Translations under genes and position numbers: made by a program
Part shown: positions 25,801 to 38,294 of the stretch, piece by piece
Layout: each line of letters opens with the position of its first letter
Position numbering within the stretch: the stretch's first letter is position 1
Source of the DNA: Eledone cirrhosa
Lineage: Eukaryota
Direction of reading: 5' to 3'
Assembly: GCA_964016885.1 (NCBI GenBank)
Contig: OZ024741.1
Span: forward strand, 368,838,001-368,902,000
Length of the DNA: 64,000 nt
The notes under the pieces: model-generated
Told to the model about the DNA's origin: nothing
The model's input: the letters and a program-made list of their open reading frames with translations, nothing else
Databases searched by the model: none

Positions 25801-28800
25801 GAAAGCAGGAGTATGGGATTGAAGAACAGTTTCTTGTTGTCCTGATGTCTCTATATGAATGCCCTAGTATTTGCATTCAAATAAATGGTTTTAAGCTGAA
25901 ACCATCCAATGTGGGTGTTAGACTCCGCCAAGGGTGTGTACTGTCACCTCTCTTGTTCATTATCTTCATGAACAAGATTGACATGCACAGACAGGTTGGA
26001 AGTGGTATTAAGACTGGCAGGTGTAAGATCAGTCAGCTGGAATTTGCAGACAATATGGTATTACTTAACTCATTGAAAGGTAATCTCTGACATGCATTTG
26101 ATAAGTTTGCTGCTGAGTGCTGCACAGCAAGAATGAAATATAATTGCTTAACAAAAAATAATCTAGTTTATCACAAAATTTACTTTATTTTTTCTATGAT
26201 TAATTTATACTAACCCCTGCTGCTAGTGAGGATGCTTCTTTTCACTTACTTGACCTGTTAGAATTAGTAGTCAGATCTCCCTCAAATCATACCCTACCAT
26301 CTTCAAAAAGAAGGACACATTGGATAATGCGATTCTAATTGCACTGTACCTAAGTAAAAATATGGTATGGTCAGGGTTGAAAAGTCTTTGATCTCACTTC
26401 TACTCACTCAGGTCTATGGAGCTTAGCAATAACAATAAAAACTGTTGTCATATGAAAGTGCAATCTACTTCTATAGGTTCTGACAGCCTGATCATAAATT
26501 AACCTGTAAGTGGCTGAGCATTCCACAGATGTGTGTACCTATAATGAAATTCCCAGGAGATTCAGCAGGTCACACTGTATGACAAGGCTTTGTCCTTTAA
26601 ATGATAGGTACAACTAATTATTTTTAATTACGTGGATTCAATCAATGTGAAATAAAGTATCTTGCTCAAGGATACAATGTGTTACTAGGAAATGAATACA
26701 TGATCATATAATCATGAGCTGAACAGCCCAATAAAGTGTCTTGCTCAAGGACACTGTGTTGCTGGGAATTGAATACATGACCTTATGATCGTGAGCTGAA
26801 CAGCCCAATAAAGTGTCTTGCTCAAGGACACTGTGTTGCTGGGAATTGAATACATGACCATATGATTGTGAGCTGAATAGCCTAACCACAATCTATTAAA
26901 CAGTAGAAGATTACTAATAAAAGCAGACATTACTTTGGCACTGGGCTCATCACGGCCACAGTCATTGCTGCACACCACAGTTATTTTCTCCTTCATCCAA
27001 GATTCAGCATCATTTGCATCAGCATAAAACTAAAATTGGTGGAATGGAATAAAAATTAAGAATCAGAAAATACCAAATATGTTACATAATATACTATACA
27101 AACAACCACAATTGTTTTAAGGTTATCTTTCCTGTTAAATAAAGATTAGTCTTGCAAGCCCCATGACAAGTATCTCCATTTTGCCCTATAATCTGTATCC
27201 TTCTCACCAACACCTAACTTTCATTTCCTCCTCAATCACCTTTAGTCTTTCTTAGTTTTCCTCTTCTGCTTTCTGCCACATTAATTTCCATCACTCATCT
27301 CACCCAGTCCCTTTCAGCTCTCCTCAACACATGACCTAGTCATCTCACTCCATTTCTTTTCACAACATTCATCACTGGCTCTATTCCTCTCCCCTAGTTT
27401 CTTTCAGCTTTCCTCAACACATGACCTATCCATCTCACACCATTTCTCTTCACAACATTCATCACTGGCTCTATTCCTCTCCCCCAGTTTCTTTCAGCTT
27501 TCCTCAACACATGACCTAGTCATCTCACTCCATTTCTCTTCACAACACTCCACACTGGTTCTATTCCTCGCCCCCAGTTTCTTTCAGCTTTCCTCAACAC
27601 ATGACCTATCCATCTCACTCCATTTCTCTTCACAACATTCATCACTGGCTCTATTCCTCTCCCCCAGTTTCTTTCAGCTTTCCTCAACACATGACCTATC
27701 CATCTCACTCCATTTCTCTTCACAACATTCATCACTGGCTCTATTCCTCTCCCCCAGTTTCTTTCAGCTTTCCTCAACACATGACCTAGTCATCTCACTC
27801 CATTTCTCTTCACAACACACCACACTGGCTCTATTCCTCTCCCCCAGTTTCTTTCAGCTTTCCTCAACACATGACCTATCCATCTCACTCCATTTCTCTT
27901 CACAACATTCATCACTGGCTCTATTCCTCTCCCCCAGTTTCTTTCAGCTTTCCTCAACACATGACCTAGTCATCTCACTCCATTTCTCTTCACAACATTC
28001 ATCACTGGCTCTATTCCTCTCCCCCAGTTTCTTTCAGCTTTCCTCAACACATGACCTAGTCATCTCACTCCATTTCTCTTCACAACACTCCACACTGGCT
28101 CTATTCCTCTCCCCCAGTTTCTTTCAGCTTTCCTCAACACATGACCTATCCATTTCACTCCATTTCTCTTCACAACATTCATCACTGGCTCTATTCCTCT
28201 CCCCCAGTTTCTTTCAGCTTTCCTCAACACATGACCTAGTCATCTCACTCCATTTCTCTTCACAACACTGGCTCTATTCCTCTCCCCCAGTTTCTTTCAG
28301 CTTTCCTCAACACATGACCTAGTCATCTCACTCCATTTCTCTTCACAACACTCCACACTGGCTCTATTCCTCTCCCCCAGTTTCTTTCAGCTTTCCTCAA
28401 CACATGACCTATCCATTTCACTCCATTTCTCTTCACAACATTCATCACTGGCTCTATTCCTCTCCCCCAGTTTCTTTCAGCTTTCCTCAACACATGACCT
28501 AGTCATCTCACTCCATTTCTCTTCACAACATTCATCACTGGCTCTATTCCTCTCCCCCAGTTTCTTTCAGCTTTCCTCAACACATGACCTAGTCATCTCA
28601 CTCCATTTCTCTTCACAACACTCCACACTGGCTCTATTCCTCTCCCCCAGTTTCTTTCAGCTTTCCTCAACACATGACCTATCCATTTCACTCCATTTCT
28701 CTTCACAACATTCATCACTGGCTCTATTCCTCTCCCCCAGTTTCTTTCAGCTTTCCTCAACACATGACCTATCCATCTCACTCCATTTCTCTTCACAACA

Positions 28801-31800
28801 TTCATCACTGGCTCTATTCCTCTCCCCCAGTTTCTTTCAGCTTTCCTCAACACATGACCTAGTCATCTCACTCCATTTCTCTTCACAACACACCACACTG
28901 GCTCTATTCCTCTCCCCCAGTTTCTTTCAGCTTTCCTCAACACATGACCTATCCATCTCACTCCATTTCTCTTCACAACATTCATCACTGGCTCTATTCC
29001 TCTCCCCCAGTTTCTTTCAGCTTTCCTCAACACATGACCTAGTCATCTCACTCCATTTCTCTTCACAACATTCATCACTGGCTCTATTCCTCTCCCCCAG
29101 TTTCTTTCAGCTTTCCTCAACACATGACCTAGTCATCTCACTCCATTTCTCTTCACAACACTCCACACTGGCTCTATTCCTCTCCCCCAGTTTCTTTCAG
29201 CTTTCCTCAACACATGACCTATCCATTTCACTCCATTTCTCTTCACAACATTCATCACTGGCTCTATTCCTCTCCCCCAGTTTCTTTCAGCTTTCCTCAA
29301 CACATGACCTAGTCATCTCACTCCATTTCTCTTCACAACACTGGCTCTATTCCTCTCCCCCAGTTTCTTTCAGCTTTCCTCAACACATGACCTAGTCATC
29401 TCACTCCATTTCTCTTCACAACACTCCACACTGGCTCTATTCCTCTCCCCCAGTTTCTTTCAGCTTTCCTCAACACATGACCTATCCATTTCACTCCATT
29501 TCTCTTCACAACATTCATCACTGGCTCTATTCCTCTCCCCCAGTTTCTTTCAGCTTTCCTCAACACATGACCTAGTCATCTCACTCCATTTCTCTTCACA
29601 ACATTCATCACTGGCTCTATTCCTCTCCCCCAGTTTCTTTCAGCTTTCCTCAACACATGACCTAGTCATCTCACTCCATTTCTCTTCACAACACTCCACA
29701 CTGGCTCTATTCCTCTCCCCCAGTTTCTTTCAGCTTTCCTCAACACATGACCTATCCATTTCACTCCATTTCTCTTCACAACATTCATCACTGGCTCTAT
29801 TCCTCTCCCCCAGTTTCTTTCAGCTTTCCTCAACACATGACCTAGTCATCTCACTCCATTTCTCTTCACAACACTGGCTCTATTCCTCTCCCCCAGTTTC
29901 TTTCAGCTTTCCTCAACACATGACCTAGTCATCTCACTCCATTTCTCTTCACAACACTCCACACTGGCTCTATTCCTCTCCCCCAGTTTCTTTCAGCTTT
30001 CCTCAACACATGACCTATCCATTTCACTCCATTTCTCTTCACAACATTCATCACTGGCTCTATTCCTCTCCCCCAGTTTCTTTCAGCTTTCCTCAACACA
30101 TGACCTAGTCATCTCACTCCATTTCTCTTCACAACACTGGCTCTATTCCTCTCCCCCAGTTTCTTTCAGCTTTCCTCAACACATGACCTATCCATTTCAC
30201 TCCATTTCTCTTCACAACATTCATCACTGGCTCTATTCCTCTCCCCCAGTTTCTTTCAGCTTTCCTCAACACATGACCTATCCATTTCACTCCATTTCTC
30301 TTCACAACATTCATCACTGGCTCTATTCTCATCATTCTCTGCAATACATTGTCTTCTCTCTCAGACCATTTTTACTTCAATTCCTTCCACCTTTCTCTGT
30401 TACTTCACTTTCATCACATGTCTTGCTTTCATTTATTATGGCATTTCTAACTTGCAGCTTCTGAAACACTCCCTTCCTCATTAACGCATGTAAGATAATC
30501 AATATACAGTCTGTTTTCTTTTTATGCGAACTTGAAATATACAAATTTACTTTAACACCTCTTGAAAAAATATTAAATATTCAGTTTACACAAATAATTG
30601 TTTCTACTTTAGGCACAAGGCCAGCAATTACCCAGTGCATTACAGGTACTTTATTTTATCGACCCCGTAAGGATGAAAGGCAAAGTCAACCTCGGCGGGA
30701 TTTGAACTCGGATCGTAAAAGGACGTAACTATGCTGGAAAGCATGGCGTCCGACCCTCTACCGATACTGCCAATCCACCGCCCTTAGTTTACATGAATAA
30801 TGCAGTGTAACACACGTGGTTTTTAATTTTTTTTTATTTATCAGAAAAATAGACTTGAATTTCGCAAATTTGCTTTTGCACCACGTTCACAAACGCATCT
30901 TCACTAAAAGAGTGAACACACTGTATATAATGATATAAAAAAGCAATATCGTCTTACCTGTTGTGCCTCTATTGAATCTTCCAACTGAATTCTGCGGATT
31001 CGCATTAGCTCTCTCAGTTGTTGCCATTTGTTCTCAAACTTTTTCACTCCATCAGTACCATCCTTGGCTGGAAAAGAGTATCCTGCAGATCTTAACTTAG
31101 TACCTGTTGCTATGAGGGATTTCCCAAGTTGGTCATGGACATTAACTTCAGCTTCTTCAGCCTGGTAACAAATGAAAATGGTAAAAATAATTAACTATAT
31201 AATTAACTCTTAACATCCTATACCGCATGAAAATACAAAAGTACATAAGCAAGACATTTTCAAAACAGATATCATCATCATTTTATCATTAACTCAATGT
31301 TCTGTACCACATGAATCCACATTAGTAAGAGTCTTTTAAAGTACAAAACTAAAACTATAACTGTATCACATTAAAAATTAAGTCTCTAATATTGAAAAAT
31401 GTCACAATTATGATTATGATGAAATATGATAGTGACACTAAAAGTTATTATGGAATATTTTCAAACAAAATTCAATACAATCCTAAAAGCGTTTTTCTCT
31501 ATATTCAAAAAAGTTAGTGCAAACTGATCACCATTTTACACCTGTTTTTCCATGCTTGCATGGGTTGGACAGGTTTTTTTCCAGCCCAACATCCCTCCAC
31601 TCATTATGATTTTTTGTCATCTCCTCTGTGAGCTTCATGGATTTAAGATCAGTTCTAACCACCTCTGTCCAGGTCTTCCTCTATTGTGGCTTTCTTCCAC
31701 TGGGATTTATTGGCACTTCTTCAGCCAGTGACCATAATCCATGTGTATCACATGTCCATGCTAGTGAAGCCTTCTCTCTTGCTCACTACATCTGATCCTT

Positions 31801-34800
31801 CTTAAACCCAGTTTTTCTTAGTGCTTCCATGCTTCATCATTAACACATTAACATTGCACATCCATCAAAGTATGCTCACTTTTCTTCTCTCCATCTTTTG
31901 TATATCCTCTGTATTCACTATCCATGTCTCACTGCTATGCAACACTGCTCATCACACACAAGTGTTAAAAAAACCAGTCTTTCATTTGTAGAGAGAAGCC
32001 TTTTATTGTCAACAGAGGTAGTAGTTCCCTGAACCTTTTCCATCCTGTTCTTGTTCTATCTACTATGCATTCAAAAATACCTTACTCCACAGTTAACTGG
32101 ATTACCTAGGTAGCAGAAGATTATCAGCCACTTCTATGGATCCTTTGTGAGATTAGAAGTTTATTTCACTGATGCTATTACTACCAACTATCCCTGTACA
32201 TCTACATACAAAGTCTGCCTGTTATCCCACACCTTTTGTGTTCATAAGATTTACATTGTGTACATAATATCGAATTTCTACCCACTCTTTTTCTACATAT
32301 CAAGTAAAACTGCTTCCCTGATGAGATCAAGGCCCTGTCTTTTCTACATACCAAACAAAACTGCTTCCCTGATGAGATCATGGTCCTGTCTTTACATACT
32401 AAGCAAAACTGCTTCCCTGATGAGATCAAGGCCCTGTCTTTTCTACATACCAAACAAAACTGCTTCCCTGATGAGATCATGGTCCTGTCTTTACATACTA
32501 AGCAAAACTGCTTCCCTGATGAGATCATGGTCCTGTCTTCAAGATTGTTTGAAATTTATTCTTTTTATATTGTTCAAAGTATTACCAACACATACATTCC
32601 CAATGATTTTAAACAAAAATAATCAAATATGAATTTAGATACCTAAAAGACGGGAATAGGGAATAAAATATATTACCTCGTATTTCTTCAGTGTACGTAA
32701 AGCTGCCTTCAAATCCTTGGAAAGTGCTTTAGATTTCAAGATTTGGATTTTTTCATCAACCCACTGATCTTCTTCTTGGAGATCTTGAAGAAACTGGAAA
32801 TACTGAAGAGATTTCTTCAGTTTATCTTGTTTTTCTGATGACAATTGTTGCACACTAGATAAAGAAAGAAAAATGTTTTAACCAAGAAAACAAACAACAT
32901 GCAGAAGAGAAATGTTTTATTGAAACAATCATCATCCTGTGGCCTTGGTCGAAATAAACAATAGATCCCCAAATGGGTCTGTCGCTCATGGTAGTAGCTA
33001 GGTCCTGAATGTGAACACCAGTAACCTTGGCTATGACATCTGGATATGAGAGCTTGCTGCAACTTCATCTTAAGACAGGTGCAGGCTTCCAAAGCACCAA
33101 AGAGGACACAGCTTTATTTGAGGTCCGATGACAATGGCCAGCAAACCTCACTCTCCTACATACAACATCAGTTATATGCGACAGACCATTATATATCTCC
33201 CGGAGAGTCTTGCGTTTCCTCTAGCTTATGTTTTGAAAGCGTCTGAGAAGCGATGTATAGGTTCCATCAAGAGGTCTGTGTTGCTTGGCTGAGAGTGTCC
33301 AAGTCTCACTACCATAGAGTCGTATTGGCATTGTAACTTGGAAGAGCCTGATTTTGGAGTAGTTAGGAAGACTGGAGAGCCAAAATTGAAACAATAACTA
33401 TTTCAATTCTAATACAACAAATTTTAAGGCCATTTCCCCTGCTAAATGACTCAATATTAAATCCCATCCCAACAAAATATTGAAAAAAAAAAGAAAAAAA
33501 CAGCTTAGCCATCTTAAGAGACTGTGATAGGGCTTCAGCTGTGACAAATCACACAGTTGAATACTAATTTGTAAAATTACAACATCTTACAGTTTCAGTT
33601 CTTTGGTTACTTCTTTGGTTCGAGTCAAGAAGATTGGTTCTTCATTAACTTTGTCAACTTTCTGAACTTTATCTTTCAGAGTGGAAAGTCGTTTTGATAA
33701 GACAGATATCTGAGTTTCAACTAAATCATGTTTCTGTAAGGCATCTTCAGCTGCTTGGAGATGTTTTAGTGGGACTTCTGAAGTGATCTTTACCTGTAAA
33801 AAAAAAAATGTAAAATATATATCAGATAATTTAAAAGAATTTAATAGTCAATCTGCAAAGTAGATTGAGAAAGCAGTTGAGCATCAAAAGCATCAATGAA
33901 ATTATGTAGGAAAGACTGCTGCTGATGCACTGATAATGAACATAAGATGGGAATAGATGACATTTGCTAGTTTAAAATGAGTTGTATACAGAAAATGTCA
34001 CAAGAAGATTAAGGAATACATAAGAATTTGTGAGCAAGGATATCAAAATGTTGGATTTCACAGTATTTACAAGAATAGACATGCCTTATTGCAGTTGCAT
34101 ATAGAAAACAACACTGATGATTTACCATTTACCTTTTTTCTTTTATTCTCTCCATTTCTTTTCACAACACTCATCACTGGCTCTATTCCTCTCCCCCAGT
34201 CTCTTTCAGCTTTCCTCAACACATGACCCATCTATCTCACTCTATTTCTCTTCACAACACTCATCACTGGCTCTATTCTCATCATTCTCTGCAATACATT
34301 GTCTTCTCTCTCAGACCCTGCTGGGAGGTATTGCATGAAAATAATTGGCTCAACACATGCCAATTACTTAGTGTTCCTGCTGTTTATGCCAAACACCTTA
34401 CAGGGTGTATTGGATGTGATTTTTCGTGGCACTACCACTACCTTTTTACAGAGTTACTGCATACAATTTTTTGCGGCACCAACACTAATACTTTAAAGAG
34501 TGTATTGGGTGCATTTTATCGAGACACCAAAGAGATTTTCACAAGCTTGTCCACACTGATGGCTCCTCTCAAATCCTATATTAGCTCTGCTCGATCACCA
34601 ACATTGTAGCCTCCGGTCACTCATTTATTTTGAGTGTTGCAGTGCTTGTACAGATGGGTGGATCTTTTGTATTATAGCATATCACCAGTCAGCTTGGTCT
34701 TGTTTCACCACACTGGTGAGATATCAATATTTTTTATATGCTTAATGCCATGGAAACAAAAATCAAGCACTGACCCTATGATCATAGAAACATAAGTACT

Positions 34801-37800
34801 GGCCCTATGACAATAGAAACATAAGTTAAGCACTGATCCCATGACCATAGAAACATAAGTTAAGTACTGGGCCTATGGATTCTATGATTTAAGAAAGGAG
34901 TAACTTACTTTACATTCTTTGAGCTCTTCATCTATGCCATCAATCTCTCGCAAGAAACTTATTCCATTTTCTATTGCATTTAAGTGTCTCTTGCGTTCAT
35001 CTAATGTAGCCAATAGTTTTTGCCAGTTTTTAGTAATTGCATCATTCCTGGAAAAAGCAAAAGAGAACAAATAGTAACAACTTTTTTTTCTCAGTACTTA
35101 GTGCTACTGACTTCTCAGATAGGCCAAGTAATCTATTAAACTTAACATGCACAAGGAATCTAATACATTCTTTGACCACATACAAATCTCCCCCATATTA
35201 TCATCATATGAATAAAATACCAGTAATGCACCGAGATAATTGCTGGCCTTGTGCCAAAAGTAGAAACAATTATTCTTATGGTAACAATATTGTAATGGTA
35301 ACAATGTGTATGGTAACAATAATGAATGGTATCATTATCGACATCATCATAATCATCTTATACTTGTTGTTCCATGCTTGTATGGGTTTGGCAGGTCTTT
35401 TCCAGTATAGTCAACTTCCACTTGTTGCAAGCATTCAACATCATCTCTGAAGTTCAGCTTTTTATAATCAACTCTAACCACCACTGCCCAGGTTTTCTCC
35501 AGTTATCTTCTAATACAACTTTCTTCCACTGGTATCAGTAATTTTATCTCATTACTGTATTTACGATTGAATTATATACATATAATATATGCTTGCTTAG
35601 TTATCCAAACACAGTCAAAGGCTTTTTTAAAGTTGAAGTTATGGTTGTTGCAGGAGTTTCTCAGTGAGCAGTCTGATGTTAAATATTTGCTCTGTTGTAC
35701 TTTTGGGCCTGAATCCTGCCTGTTCTTCTGCTAGGATTTCCTCTGTCTTTCCTTTAAGTCTGTTTGAAAGTACTCTTAGCAGTATTTTGCTGGGGTAGTT
35801 AATTAGGCTGATTGTTCTGTAGTTCTAGCAGAGTCTTAGGTTTCCTTTTAGGGGAATTGGTATCATCAGGGATTGGGTCCACTCCTTTGGCCACTTCTGC
35901 CATGGTAAAGCTGAATGTCATATGGAAGAGCAACTCCATCAGTTTTCCAATGAAGCTCAAACTATACAAGTCTTTGGTGACTTGGATCCTTTTGTATGGG
36001 TACAAAAGTTGGACTCACAGCAGACATGGAATGAAGAATCCAATCATTTGAGCACAAGGGTTTCAGAAGGCTGCTACATATACCACACATGGAGTACAAA
36101 ACAAGCAGCTTTATCAGACAGCAAATTAAATATGCTGGCAGACAGGAATCACTCCTTGCGATTGGTGAAAAGATGGAAGCTTGCCTGGTATGGTCATATA
36201 TTTCGCCACAATTCCTTGTTCAAAACCATTCTTCAGGGTACAGTTGAAGGAGCACGAAGAAAAAGCAGACAAAGAAAATCCTGGTCAGACAACATTAAAG
36301 ACTGGACAAGTTACAACACTGAGACCCTTCCTCACATGATGGAGAATAGAGACCAATGGTGACAACTAACTGCACCACTTCTGGGAACATGATGATGATG
36401 ATGAAATAGTTATCCATATAAAAAACATTGTTGCAGCTTGAACTATAAAGGAATTTATGTAATACCCAACAGTCACTTCAATCACAAACCCCAGGTCCGC
36501 AACCTGCAATGCAGAGAACAGGAAGATCAGCAAATACCAGGGCATGACTGGCTGCTTCCTCTTTGCACCGGTCGCCACCAAGACCTCAGGCATCCTTGGA
36601 CTGCATACAACTAACCTCCTCCTTAAAATTGGAATGACAACAGTCTGTCTGAGGAAGGAACCTTGCAAAGTGAGGTGACTGTTGCAGCAGATGTCGCTGG
36701 CCATTGTCTATGAAAATGCCTTTGACATTTTATCTGCGGTGCCCAGCCAAAACACTGCTCTGATGTAGGTGTAGAGTGTCACCCCTTCTCACTGTCCTTT
36801 TATAGCCTAATAGTCCTAGCTCTTTCCTTCCTTTTCCTTTCATTTATGGTATTTATAGTCCTTTCCAAAGCTCCATTTATATATATATGTTTATTCATTC
36901 AAAGCAATAAATTATTTTTTAAATTCACAAAAATACAAGAATAATAATTTGTACAGTAGGAGATTGAATGGATGATATAGGCCAGGTGAAGAAGACCGAA
37001 TAAATTGTAGTAAGTATCTAATTGTGGGAGAGCATGACAAACTTGGAAAGAAATATGGAGAGATTAGATCTATAGGCTTTAGATCTGATAAATAAGATGA
37101 TACCGATATGAATAAGGCAACAATGGTATCTATATATGATCCATCAGCTAGCTAAAAATAGAAGCTTTTAATAAACCCTAAGGCATAAAAAAGAAAAAGA
37201 ATTGTTCTCGGCAGAACTGTTCTGCTAGAGAATATGCCATGTATGGCAGATAGCAATATAAGCAGGCAGCTACCGGATAAATAAGCAACCCCGAACCAAC
37301 AACGGTAAACTACTAGGGAAGATGGAGCAATGGGTGACACCTGTAGCTCCCAAGAAAATTCTCACAACCCAGTGACGTAGCTACGATGAGGTGAGTAAAG
37401 GCCGCCTCTAAAAAAAAGCCTAGTCTTTGCGGGTTTGAGAAAGTACCAGATTGGTGACTGGTGCAAATAAGACTACTGAAACATGATGTGAGGAACCAAA
37501 AATGAACTATGCCACATCACCCTTTGTGCGGGTTAACGAAGGCTGCATTCAGGCCTTAGGTAGAGGAGCCTGTTGGAAAAATATATAGCAGTCTCCATTT
37601 CATGCTGAAAAAAATGGCGATGAGCCTACGACCTGTACTGAGAGGCTTGGGATGGATGCACAAAGGTTGCGTATCTTGAGACCTCAAAGAGGGTTCAGAA
37701 GCGAGCAAACCTTGACAACTGGAACCTGGAACACCACAACCCTTACAGGTAAGGAGCAGGAGCTAGTGGAGGAGGCTAGATGCTACTGGCTAAATATAGT

Positions 37801-38215
37801 CAAAGTTCCATTGTTGATTTTGTTATTGTTTCCGATTTCTTCGATTCTGTGCTGGATGTTAATAATCGAATATGGAAATTTAGAGACTAAAATAATTGTT
37901 TCTACTTTTGGCACAAAGCCAGCAATTACTCCAGTGCATTACTGGTGCTGTATTTTATCAACCCTGTAAAGGATGAAAGACAAAGCTAACCTTGGCAAGA
38001 GATTAAAATAATGATGATGAATTTATGCATAGATGTTTCCTCACTAATTGGGATATAATTTTATTAAATAATCTTTGAAGCTTACCGCTTTTTCACAGTT
38101 GCCTGATCCTGGTAGTTCTCTTTGATAAGTTCTTCAGCTAATTCATTGACTCGTGTGAAACGGTCTTTCTGAAATAAAAATTTAGGCATATATACATACA
38201 TACGTATACATGCAT

Positions 38216-38294
<79 letters not shown>

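Noticed and set aside
27341-30327. CRISPR-like or protein-coding repeat array
   Set aside because: No unique spacers, no cas genes, eukaryotic intron; most units carry an in-frame TGA on the LINE strand.
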